From Nemertoderma westbladi (taxonomy: Eukaryota; Animalia; Xenacoelomorpha): DNA of 64,000 nt. Under the pieces are notes generated by a model, which was not told the origin of the DNA, ran no database searches, and saw nothing but the letters and a program-made list of their open reading frames with translations. Within the stretch, counting starts at the first letter, position 1, and each line of letters begins with the position of its first letter. Below, piece by piece: positions 1 to 11,559 of the stretch. The DNA lies in contig JAUCBJ010000042.1 in NCBI GenBank assembly GCA_032718475.1, positions 1 to 64,000 of the forward strand, written 5' to 3'. Position numbers and translations under genes: made by a program.

Positions 1-1218
1 CTGTTGGGAGGAGCGTATCCGATTCTCCTTCATCTCTCCGAGGAGAATATCCATCCCCCGCCGTCTCTCGTCTACCCAATCAACCGCCGAAGCAGGATCC
101 GCCAACGTCGTAGCGGGCGGACGAGGGACAACGGGCGACAAATTTTGAATAATTCGCTCGGGGTCCAGGACCTGAACTGTATCCGGGGCAGTTCTACGGG
201 GCACAGGTAGCTTAGTGCTATGCAAAGGGAATTTAGAGGTAGTCTCAGGGAGCACAGGTATGTCTATCACCGAAGGGGTGATTTCAAGAACAGGCCTAAT
301 TATTTCAGGCTCATCTACTATAGTAGGGAGTCTTTCTATTTTAATTATTTGGTCTGTGGGCTCAGTACTACCTAAGTTGGTGTTATTTAGTTGCCTTCTA
401 ACAGCTGGAGGCAAATCAGGCAATTTCTGCCGGTGGAATGTTCTTTTACGTCTGCTTAGGCGAGATCGATTTCTTCCGCCTTCAGTGTCAGTGGTATCGC
501 CTTCCTCAGATGAGGTATACCCTTGTCTTTTGGGAGTAGATCGACTCATCATCTGCATATTACTAGCTGCTAACTGTTTACTGAAGTCGTCTTGCTTCTC
601 TTGAAGATTTTCCAACTCCAGTTGGATGATCTCTTCAGCCGCTTTTCGTTCTACTTCCGCCACTGCTGCCGCTTTTGCCTCTGCTGCTGCCGCTTTTGCC
701 TCTGCCGCTGCCGCTTTTCGTTCTGCTTCCGCCACTGTTCGTTCTGCTTCCGCCACTGCTGCCGCTTTTGCCGCTGCCGCTGCCGCTTTTCGTTCTGCTT
801 CCGCCACTGTTCGTTCTGCTTCCGCCACTGCTGCCGCTTTTGCCGCTGCCGCTGCCGCTTTTGCCTCTGCCGCTGCCGCTTTTCTTTCTGCCTCTGCCAC
901 TGCTGCTATCTTTCTGTCTTCTATACGCTTTTTCCTTACTTGTTCTTCCCTTTCTCTAGCGATGCGGAGTTGTTCATCGAATTTAGCTTGGTTCGCCGCT
1001 AACCTATCCACATCAATCGCATCTAACACAAGTTTGGCTCCTTCGCTATTAGGGCTAAGTCCCTCTAGCCTTCTCCTCAACTCTTCATCTCCCAAAAAAC
1101 GCTGATAGTCTGACAGATAGATGTCAATGGCATCCCTCTTATGCGGTTTCTCTGCTGTCACTTCACTCTCGGTTGTATCTAGTAGACTGTCTGACAGGTT
1201 CTGCTTTGCGTCAGACAT
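1..1218 (-). CDS. gag: Gag N-terminal region of E1 (open to window edge), with an Ala/Glu/Lys-rich helical repeat
   Basis: Manual translation from ATG at 1218: MSDAKQNLSDSLLDTT...AEAERKAAAA...MQMMSRSTPKRQGYTSS...KLPDLPPAVRRQL...SSQQ, with no stop seen down to base 1. Matches the ORFs at 37428-38481. Absent from the ORF track because no stop lies in the window. Confidence 0.85.
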   Translation of the reverse strand, partial: MSDAKQNLSDSLLDTTESEVTAEKPHKRDAIDIYLSDYQRFLGDEELRRRLEGLSPNSEGAKLVLDAIDVDRLAANQAKFDEQLRIAREREEQVRKKRIEDRKIAAVAEAERKAAAAEAKAAAAAAKAAAVAEAERTVAEAERKAAAAAAKAAAVAEAERTVAEAERKAAAAEAKAAAAEAKAAAVAEVERKAAEEIIQLELENLQEKQDDFSKQLAASNMQMMSRSTPKRQGYTSSEEGDTTDTEGGRNRSRLSRRKRTFHRQKLPDLPPAVRRQLNNTNLGSTEPTDQIIKIERLPTIVDEPEIIRPVLEITPSVIDIPVLPETTSKFPLHSTKLPVPRRTAPDTVQVLDPERIIQNLSPVVPRPPATTLADPASAVDWVDERRRGMDILLGEMKENRIRSSQQ

Positions 1219-2569
1219 GCTTATGTGTACAGTTGAATGTCTACTGCTGTATTACAGTCTGAGCAAGTCTAGTAACTCAGTATTAACTGCTAGCCTAGTA
1301 ATTAATTACCGTTACTGCTACTCAGTGTAGCGTGATATATATAATATATTAGAATACCGGTATGCTTATAGTATATATAACTATTATTACAGACTAGGTT
1401 TATCACAGAATACCGGTATAATTTTAGCACAAATATATATAAATATATAATAGGCCTATCGGAATACCGGTATACAGCTTACAGTTTGTAGTATATATAA
1501 TTCTGAAATAGAATTAATTACACGTACCGGTATAATTTCAGCCTAGATTTATAGAAATAAAGATAATAGGCCTATCGTAAATACCGGTATATCAATTATT
1601 TTAAAATAACTGAATTTCTGAACTTTAGGGTTACTTGGTTACTATAACTTACTTTATTACCGTTATTTAAGCAGTAATCCAACTGATATTGAGACCTAAT
1701 GGTTGTATGGTAGGCCTACTATTTATAAATCGTTAGATTTGATTTATAATATATATATACCCGTTTTAATGGGTTTTGTCTATGTTTGAAATAAATGTTA
1801 TTATTTCTGGGGTAATCACTACACAAAGCGGTGCGCTTTCAGTGAAGTGTTACGTATAGGACACTAAAACAAATAATACTAATTTACCTAAGTTACTTAA
1901 TACTACAAATTACGTACAATTCGGGTTGAGATTACAATCTCTAAATAAACACAAAAATTTACAAAAACACAAATACGAATTTTTAGGGTAATTTTACAAG
2001 AAGTCTACAAACCAGCCTAACAAAGGGTTAGAAAACCGGTTATTACAACGGACAGGGTACTACGGTATTTGAAATAATAAGTAGTAGTAAATACACTGCG
2101 TTGTCCAGATAGGAAAATACCACCGCCTGACGACCTATAGCCGTATCGCTATAGGTTCTACGTTATGTATCACGGAGTGTTCCTACCTAGAAGTTAATAG
2201 AGCTAATCGAATGTGCCTATCAACCACTTTACAACACAAATATAATGCCTACACTAATTATTCTCGGAAAGCACTGTACACTAAACCCTAAATTAGGTAC
2301 GAGTACTTGTACAACAGATAATCAGTAATTAAATATACTTGAACAGCTAAAAGAACCACGGCATCTGCTGGAGTGACCGATGCACAAAATCACCAGTCTT
2401 TACCTACGCCAAGCAGCCCGTGTAGTACCGAGGTTAATTTAACTATAGCGGTATGTATAACAAACACAATTACTGTAGGAACAAACTTGGGGACTTGAAT
2501 GTTGCGAATAATCGCATAAACTCTGAATAATAAATATTACGCTACGCGTACAAACTACTCAAACAAAAT

Positions 2570-3110
2570 ACAGACCGAACACTGACAGACTACTATCAAG
2601 CCTAAACAAACTACGGTATATGCAGACTCCGAAATGATTAGGGAGTATGCGCTCTAACCCAGTAGTGCGACTTATTCTTTAGTTGGGGGTTTACCTTACA
2701 GCGTTCGCTGCCCCTACTGCCTAATCGTACTTAATCGGACAGATGATCTACACACGCGGCAATCCGTTCAGACTTAATAACAGCCAGACAACTATCCAGC
2801 CTTCAAATTATTTAAATAAAATTATAAGCTACCCGTACAGACTTACACAAACAAAGTACAGACTAAACGATGGCAGACTACTCTCAAGCCTAAATAAACT
2901 ACAGGACATGCAGACTCCGAAATGATTAGGGAGTATGCGCTCTAACCCAGTAGTGCGACTTATTCTTTAGTTGGGGGTTTACCTTACCGCGTTCGCTGCC
3001 CCTACTTCCTAACCGTACTTAATCGGACAGGTGATCTACACACACTGCAATCCGTTCAGACTTAACAGCAATCAGACAACAGCTCAGCCTACAACTTGTC
3101 TGTACAATAT
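2570..3110 (-). repeat. Tandem ~300-bp duplication in the E1 leader
   Basis: The block GCAGACTCCGAAATGATTAGGGAGTATGCGCTCTAACCCAG...ATCCGTTCAGACTTAA occurs at ~2620 and ~2910. A homologous duplication is present in the E2 leader at ~35380-35960. Confidence 0.85.
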
Positions 3111-3464
3111 GATCAGGCTTACACGCCTTCTGTTCAATACTGGCCTACAAACAAATAAAACTGACAGAAATAGGCCTAAGTAAAATCCCAATAAAACCAG
3201 GCGTCCCCGATTAATTATTAAGACCTACCGGCATATATAATCAAATCGAATAATACTGCTGTACTTATACGGAAGTACCGGTTAGGACAGTTAGGCCTAC
3301 GGACTTACAGAAGTACCGGTTCTGGCAGTTGGACCTACGGGCCTACGGCAGTACCGGTTCTGGCAGTTGGGCCTACTGACCTACAGATGTACCTTCCAGG
3401 TTTACCGGTTGACCGGTACTTTCAACTTTATTGCTTACTGCAATAAAGAAGCTATATCCTTTAA

Positions 3465-4693
3465 TGTTCGCGCTTTCAGACCTTTGGCAGTTTAACCCAC
3501 CAAATTAAGATGTCTTCTAGATATTAAATCGGTTTTTAGTCTATGACAAGTATTTGATTCACTACACTAGTCGAAACCAATCTGTGCGCGATCATTCACC
3601 CGCTGGATATTCCCGGGAGATTGGGTTCGACGGTTTAATTTTATTGCTATGTAAGCCTAATGTATTATTCGACTGACAGTACTATATAATCTCTGACAAT
3701 ATTATTCACCTTCGGTAATATTAACAGTTCCTTTAGGACGTGGCGCTTTATCTATATAAACAGAGTTATGACTTAAACTACTCACAACGATATGGCTTTA
3801 ATTATAATTCACATATATGGCGCATTCTTTAGGAATTGCTTCTTTAACAGACTCACTCATACACAATGCTGCACAATACTGCACACTAATCTGCCAATCT
3901 TCACTGATTTTAGTCACATATAAAAGGAACACAGACTGACTCATGTAGGGTCTATCAAATAACATTAGATTCACTTCAAACCACTTTAACATAAGTCACA
4001 ATCGTTTATCTGTAACCCTTCTCTCTTACCTTCGGTATATCAAGAATATTGGGTTTCGGGGTTATTTATCGTTATTCCAAATATAATTATTCATCAACCA
4101 TATTATGAAGAACTGACGGTAAATAGCAGTATAAAACAACAATGAAAACACTGATTGTTATGAGTTTGCAATGTTTCAGCAGTCAGCATGTATGATCAGT
4201 CAGCAGAGTCGTTAGGTTAAAGGATATATGTCCTTGTAATTAAACCTACTAGTGTAAGACTAAAAACAGTAAAGCACAAAATACTTCCAAGCCGTTCTTT
4301 CTTTGGCTCAGGACTGAATGTAAACACTGCACATAGGCATTGCGTCATTTCTCGGAAATTTTCTGTACAAGGAGCCACAAAAACGCTCTAATTGGCTGAC
4401 TGAACTGAGAGACGCCGTAGAACAAAGGAAATCAACACGTATGAATGTCAGCTGTTAACCGTAGTCATAGTAACTACTGTTCAAGAGTAGCTATCACCCC
4501 TTTGCGTCACGAATTGCCATAGAATCATAAAATATGCCTTTCACAGTACACATACGGAGGAAATAGGTCTTAGATCCTCTAAAAACACCGATACAGCAAT
4601 AATACGGTCTCTTACACTTATTAAATCAACTACAGAGTATTTTAATGTAAAAGATAATAAAAATAACGGGGCAATTCAGCAAAGGCTTTTACA
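3465..4693 (-). repeat. 5' LTR of E1 (~1229 bp, TGT...ACA termini)
   Basis: Minus strand begins TGTAAAAGCCTTTGC and ends GTCTGAAAGCGCGAACA, homologous to the LTRs at 33863 and 45853. Confidence 0.9.
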
Positions 4694-6026
4694 GAAGATG
4701 AAACACAACCTGTTGAGGACCGGACCTTGTCGGGACCGGTGGCTTTGTTTGGGGACAGTTTATTCCTTAGTACGTTGAGAACGTTTTCCTCAGTAAAGTG
4801 TATTTCCGAAAGACTGAAACCATTTGGGTGATCTATGCTGTAGGTTGAGTAACTCCATAATAAATGGTAAAATTAGCGGAAGAAATTTCGTTAAATAGAT
4901 TAGCTTTATCAGAGTCTTATGTAATTACACTGCCAGGTTGCTGTCTTTCATGAATGGGATAGGGGATCGGCGAACAAGATAACATTTTGCATAATTCCAG
5001 AACTGTTTCGAGTTGCGGTTTATCAGAACTTGGTCGCCATATTTCTGATTACGAGATTGAATTCTTTCATTTAGGTTTCTTTGTAATGCTTCAAGTTTGT
5101 CCTTAAGCTAAGTGCTACGTAATGGGTCAGATGTCAGAAGAGTTCTTGTGGGGCGAGACACGTAGTCGGCGAGCCTTTGCATACGGTTCATATAGGGCAA
5201 ATGGGGCATGTCCGTCTGTCTGTCTGTCCGTCTGTCTGTCTGTCCGTCTGTCTGGTAAATGTTTGAACGCGAATTTCTCGGCATCGCTCGTTCGGAATTG
5301 AACCAAACTTAGTAGGTAAGTAGTAGAGAGAAAGTTTAGAAAGTTTGTAAAGTTTGGTGAAAAATCATGCAGTCTGACGTCAGCTACGACAGATTATGTG
5401 GTTTTTAGAAAATGTTAAATTTCTCGGGAAGGCCTCATTTTCCTGAGCTGAAATTTTGGTGGCCTGTAGAGAATCATGAAGTCTATCTTTTACGAAATTG
5501 AAAAGTTAAGACATTTAATTGGGGATCCGCTAGAGACTCAGAAGTAATGACATAGGCCTACCGGTACGGTACTGCTGTACAGTGCTGCACTGGTAAGTAC
5601 GAAATTGCAGAATAACAATTTGACACCACCTAGCGGATTAACATATGATTGTATATCGAATGAATACATCTATAGCATGGGATATGGGGTCCAAACTAGA
5701 CATGCCCCATTTGCTCTATATGAACCGTATGCCAAGGCTTGCCGACTACGTGCTGCGCGAAGTCCCCACGAACGTGTTCTTACGTTTACTTCTAATTCTG
5801 TTGATATTGATATATCTTTTCTGGCGCTGTGATTCTAAATCTAAACGTGGTTTCTTACGCGATTTTTTTTTGGAACGTAATCATCTTGAGGGAATTAAGA
5901 ATGAACGTCAAAGACTTCAAATTAGTTTCAGCTCTGAAATTGGCTAGAAGAAGACAGAAAGGGCATTGATATAAATAAGTTGAGGGTAAGTGATACAGTT
6001 AGATTTCTCGAAATTACGAAGATTAC
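4694..6026 (-). mobile_element. CR1-clade LINE fragment (ORF2 linker), interrupted by a HINE-like insertion and by the E1 LTR
   Basis: Near-identical to 12877-13579. Minus-strand motifs NSKQFWNY, DSDKANLFNE and PNKATGPDKV are typical of the CR1 ORF2 region between endonuclease and RT. Confidence 0.7.
5148..5775 (+). mobile_element. Non-autonomous HINE/DINE-1-like (Helentron-associated) or MITE element
   Basis: Absent from the sister copy (empty site AGTTCTTGTTCTTACG at 13321-13336). Has imperfect ~65-bp (sub)terminal inverted repeats (CACGTAGTCGGC...CATATAG(G/A)GCAAATGGGGCATGTC) and a (GTCY)n microsatellite right after the left repeat. The junction can be read as a T|T insertion without TSD. 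Confidence 0.7.
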
Positions 6027-6605
6027 ATATTGAAACTTCTAACTTCGATTATCATTATTATTATTTCTTTTTCTTTATCTTTATTATCTCTTTTCGCCGG
6101 AACAATTCGGTTTTGTACCAGGTAAGTCTACAGTACATTAATGGAAATATTCAGCATGATAATCGAGCCTTTGCGACTTACGCATTTTCGGAGATAGCAA
6201 TACAGTATATTTCACTCTCTCAAATTTGGAGGAGGTTGACAAAATCAAGTCGAGATTTGTTAAACGTACAGTATGTTATGTTTACACAAGACTACATATA
6301 AACCACGGCCTTAAAGTCTATCGGCGACAAGTAATTCGTGGAAGACCTCTTCAATAAACACCCCTAATGTTTAACACTGAAGCTATTAACGCTTACAAGG
6401 AACATAGATCTGAACGATTGGAAAATTTCACCAACCGGGAATATGAACTTGGTCCTGCGGTCACAATGTTCTTCTTGGAAAGGTGTGAGGCAACATAACC
6501 GACATGTTGTGACCCGCACAACGGCGCACGGTTGGCATCATCGCTTCTGTGCACCTTATCATGATCGCTCTAATTTGTGTTTTTTTAAATTCTGTGGGTC
6601 TAATA

Positions 6606-7593
6606 CGGTGGCTGATTGCGGCCAATTATTTCCATTTTTTAATGTTTTTCACCCGGGTGAATAACGTTTATCACCCGGGTGAAAAACGTTTATCACCCGG
6701 GTGAAAAATATTTATCACCCGGGTGAAAAACATGTAGTTAGTTTCCTTATAAATAATATTTTCATAGATCATTTTGATCCAGATTCACTCTTAGCGAATT
6801 AATATCTCTACCAATGTTAATGACCAATTAAGGGAAAGGATCATGTTACAGTGGTATGTTATTCTAACAAAAACAATAAACGAAAGTCAATAGTTCTAAA
6901 TAGTTCGTCAGTCAATAGTTCGAAAGTCAAACATTTAAATATTTTTCGTTGTGATACTGTAAATGTTTTTCACTCGGGTTATAAATGCTTTTCACCAGGG
7001 TTATAAATGTATTTATATTTGATTGTAATTTATTGTATCTGTGGTCTGTGCAACTCTAGCTCATCAGTCATCCATCACTACCGAACCTGCCCGAGTCTAC
7101 CGAACTTTGAGACACCCTTACGTTGCGCACTCTTCCTTTTAGATCTATAATTATAACTTTAGCTTACACGAATTCTAGGCGACGCTAAAGTTTTGTCTAC
7201 TGTTACCTTTAGATTTTATTATATTACTGTCCCTGATTTAATTTTAGAAATCTAGTTAGTTGGTTTTAATTAATTGGTTAATGTGTATATTATACTTTTT
7301 GCCTTGTAAAACTTCCGATGGATTTGGAAATTAAACACCTGCCGATTTCATAAATGTATTTAACCCGGGTGATAAAAGTTTTTCAGCCGGTTGATAAATG
7401 TTTTTGACCCGGGTAGTAAATGGTTTTGACCCGGGTAGTAAATGTTTTTCACCCGGGTGATAAATGTTTTCACCTGGGTGATAAATATGGTTTTCACCCG
7501 TGTGATAAATGTTATCACCCGGGTGATAAATATTTTTCACCCGGGTGAAAAATAATTTAATAAATGGAAATAATTGGCCGCAATCAGCCACCG
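6606..7593. mobile_element. TA-flanked MITE with ~32-bp TIRs and subterminal arrays of the palindrome TTCACCCGGGTGAA
   Basis: TA-CGGTGGCTGATTGCGGCCAATTATTTCCATTT at 6604 and its reverse complement ending CCG-TA at 7595. ~21-23-bp CCCGGG-centred repeats at both ends. Confidence 0.85.
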
Positions 7594-10563
7594 TAGTTTA
7601 ACGTAGAAAACTTTTTACCACATAATATCTTGTCCATCTTGCCCTCGACTGTTTATCCACTATAGAATAATCCCCACTGAGCTTACTTTTAATTTATTAA
7701 CAATACTCTTTTAAATTTTATTGTTTTAATGTGACACTACTATATATATATTTTAACATCCGTAATTTTATTGAATCATTGATAATAATTATTAAATTTG
7801 CCCTGTTAAGGGTGTGTCTTCAAAAAAAAATATGTGTGACATTTCCTCAATTTTCAATAAATTTATCTGGAATTCCATATAGAGGCAGTCCAGCGTAGGT
7901 CAGTACAGTAGGTAGGCATACTTAATGATTATAACATTAACTTTCACTTTAATATACGATTTTCCGTATGGTATATACATACATGTAAATAAATTACACC
8001 CCATAATATTGAATTATGTATACTGTAATAGTACACTGTGTAGAAAATAATAATAATAACGGAGATCTTATGCTATTTAATTCCTATTAGAATATAAATA
8101 TCGAATCCTATAGAGATATACAGTATGTATAAAACACAGTATATCGCATAAATGGTATTAATTTCTATATTGTGCTGCATACAAGGGTAAGTATGTAAGT
8201 TTGTTCAGTCATGCAATTATTTCTTTCTTATAACCCGCACAGATACAACTTGTTTATTGTTTTGATTAGATTCAGCCCTTCTTTAACCTGGGTTTTTATT
8301 GAAAACCGTATTCTTCACAGTGTGGGTAAAATATAATGTGAAATATAACAGCAGAAAGTCCGATATAGGCCTACTTCACAAGCCCCCGACGACAGCAGCT
8401 GCAGAAGGAAAAGCATGGAACCGAAACATGCACATATTTTTTTAATAGACATACAGTATACTACTGTCACTGTGTGATATTTTTTTACATCGCTACCGGC
8501 TACAGAGGAGCATGTTACAAGAAAAGTAATCTAATGCTTAACCATGCCAGCCTGTTTCGTTCGACAGCTTTTGCTACAGTATTAAGTAAATTGTATTATA
8601 AACTGTATGTGGATAGCCAGTAACCGCCAAGCAACGTAACCTTCCAATGTAATCTAACCGCTGTGGGAGAGTCATTTTTTTTCAAGTATTGCCGTACGTG
8701 ACCTTTAAATTATTGGTAGTGTATTACAGTATAATCTTATTGCGGGGTTAAAGATAGCTCATTATCATGAATAATTTACACATTTATTTTATAAGAGCCA
8801 AGTAGAGTTTATAAGAACACAAGGTTTTTTCATATTCGTTTAGAAATTATGACGAAGAGTTAATTAATATTTTTATTAACAACATAAGGACAACATTAAC
8901 CAACATAAGGAGTCCGTACAAGGACATGGAATCCTCGGTTTTTCCTTATTATACATGTTCGCCAGTCCAATATATTATTGTGATAAGGAGCATATGTCAG
9001 CTATCTCAATTCAATATATTGAGATAGCGTACATGAATACTAACAATAATAATAAATAATAATAATAACATATGTTTTTATTTCATAAAAACAATAGCAA
9101 TAAAAATACAATAACATCACGTGTAATAGTTCGTGTACTCAATAAAAATATATTAATGGCCTCAGCCATATGCCCGCGAGGCACCACAGAATGCAATATA
9201 TAAGGTATGTCATACTACTTACTGTACATAAATTAATTTAATGTAAGATAAAATATAAGTGTAATTAGTAGTTCCTGTGAGATATAAATGACTACATACG
9301 TTGGCATAGAGGATAGTTCAAATAAATTAACCAACTGCAATATATCAATCAACTGTAGTTCTGATCGTGAACAATGTACATAGACGTTTTCCACGAACCC
9401 TTGCAATATTGTAGTAAATAAAAAGAAATTAATGAGGTTCTACAGTCCCAATCCCAATAAACATTAACTTGGTCATTTTGGCGGCCAAAACGACCAAAAT
9501 GGCCAAATATAAATTGCGGCATTCATGAAAGGAACTTCTGAGGCAAGTTGGCTTGTCAATCACAGCCAGTGAATAGAGGCTGAGTGTAAGTAAAGCCCAG
9601 GATGTTGGCAGATAGAAAAAGGCTTCGATTTCCGGACATTCCCTCCCCAACCCCCCCCCCCCCCCCCCCCCCCGGACTGTTCCGTACTGTTTTATATTTC
9701 GCACGTTTATTTTTCATTTTGTAAGGTAAACGGACCGCTTGTATCCAGACAAGTTGTACAGTATCCAATTTCCCTTTCTTAGCTCAGAAATTTATATTTT
9801 GCATCCCGATTTTACATTTTGTATCCACGTTTTATTTATGGATTTCATCAATTCAATTACACTGTATTGTTTGCTAATCTTTAAACAATTAATTAGATGA
9901 CCTATATATTCCATCCCCCGAATGATATATTGTTTTGTTTACTAGAGTTATAATAATTATGTAATAGTTTTAATTATGAGTATTATTATCTAATTATTTT
10001 CTTCAAATTGAAGCAGATGGGGTTGACTATTATTGATGGTCCTTTTTCGAAGAAATCCTACATGGGCATTTTGGAGCTAACCCGCCACTACTACTGCTTG
10101 GCTCACTGGAAGTGTATTTAGGTAAAGCTCTATTGTAAGGCTGTGGCTCTGTTTAAGCTTAGCTGAGCCAAGACGACAGACATTAGGATGGGAACACGAA
10201 CACACCATATTATCCTTCCCCTATTCATTTCAATGGTAGCCTGCTTGTCTTTCCCGCACTGGGGGGAGACCATTGCCATTGGTTAGCTGTATGCTATTGT
10301 AATACAAAGAGAGCGGCAGGATAAAGAGAAATGCCGACCTCACTAATAATGGGCTGGTCCCACAGGTCACTTTAAGGTAGGTGGTAAAGTAGGTACGTAC
10401 AGTTTACATGTTCAAGGGCGCCAGTCCCTAGTCGCTAGCCCATAGTCTGTCATGGAGTTCCTGTAGTAGTTTCAGACGCTTTCACTCAGTATCCTAGTGT
10501 CCAGGAAGTTGGGAGTTGAGTGTGGGTGGGTGGATTGGTGGCCCCCACGCAACACCGCAGTGT

Positions 10564-10968
10564 CGGGTGACTACAAAACAAAGACCAACGACCCAAATAA
10601 TAAAGACCTGTACAAATACAAAACACATGTGTTAACTTTCGTTTATTGTTTTGGTTCCCCAACACGCCTCTGTAACCTGCTTCTTTACTAACCTGCTCCT
10701 TTAAATGGCAATGTGACCTCACGCTCTCTGGCAATGGGACCTAAAGCTCTTTGGAACCTAACGCTCTTTGGGACGTAACGCGACTTTACCTCTTTGTTTT
10801 GTACAGGTCACAATGAGCGTTATGTACCATTGCTATTTAAAGGAGCAGGTTAGTAAAGGAGCAAGTTACAGAGGCGTGACGGGGGGATTCAAAACAATTA
10901 ACGAAAGTTAACACATGTAACAAGATTATGCAGGTCTTTATAATTGGGTCTTTGTTTTGTAGTCACCC
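10564..10968. mobile_element. Foldback/MITE element with ~150-bp imperfect inverted arms, nested in the 9443-11556 element
   Basis: GGGTGACTACAAAACAAAGACC...CCTGCTCCTTTAAATGGCAATG pairs with CATTGCTATTTAAAGGAGCAGG...GGTCTTTGTTTTGTAGTCACCC. A partial related copy lies at ~16885-16960. Confidence 0.75.
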
Positions 10969-11044
10969 CGCAGTGTCCGCGAATTATACATTGTGAAAAA
11001 ATATTAAAAAAAAATTTTATTATAAAAAAAAATATTATTGAAAT

Positions 11045-11212
11045 TAATTTCCGAAATTAACATCCCGAAATTAATTTATGGACGTCCATTAATTAGTTAT
11101 TTCATTACGATTCTGATTGGTTTATAGATTATTTTCGGGACGTCCATAAGTTAATTTCGGGACGTCCATATAGTTAATTTCGGGACGTCCATAAATTAAT
11201 TTCGGGACGTCT
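11045..11212. repeat. Short direct/inverted array of TTAATTTCGGGACGTCCATA units
   Basis: About 5 copies are visible, plus inverted CCGAAATTAA copies. Confidence 0.7.
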
Positions 11213-11559
11213 CAGATTATTATACGATACTCCTCCTTTAACGAAGCTCCATTCAACTCCTTTTATACGACTGTGTACTCTATCAATGCCTCAGTGGGCG
11301 GACTCCAGTACTGCAAGGCTCAGCGCCGGGTAAGTTAACAATCTGTCAATAATAAAAATGAAAGCGAGCCGACATTTAGTCAGATCCACCAAATGGATGG
11401 CCAAGGAGACAGACTGTCTGGATTGAGCTGATTCGAGTTAAATCGCTTCGCCAAAACGACCAAGTAGCCCATAGGAATACACTACATTTTTTTTGGTGAT
11501 TTTGGTCATTTTGGCCGCCAAAACGACCAAGTTAATGTTTATTGGGATTGGGACTGTAA

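Larger units (their letters stand above)
1..4693 (-). mobile_element. BEL/Pao LTR retrotransposon copy E1, 5' part (5' LTR, ~2.2-kb leader, start of gag); continues beyond the left window edge
   Basis: LTR 3465-4693, leader 1219-3464 and gag start are colinear and homologous (reverse complement) with the element at 33863-47028, whose Gag and protease motifs identify it as BEL/Pao. Confidence 0.9.
9443..11556. mobile_element. Non-autonomous Tc1/mariner-pogo-type TIR element (TA TSD, CAGT termini) with nested repeats
   Basis: TA-CAGTCCCAATCCCAATAAACATTAACTTGGTC... at 9441 and the reverse complement ...GGGATTGGGACTG-TA ending at 11558. TIRs are ~58 bp; no transposase ORF. Confidence 0.8.

Noticed and set aside
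215-1105. Plus-strand Ala-, Cys- and Leu/Pro-rich ORFs
   Set aside because: Antisense shadows of the minus-strand gag repeat region.
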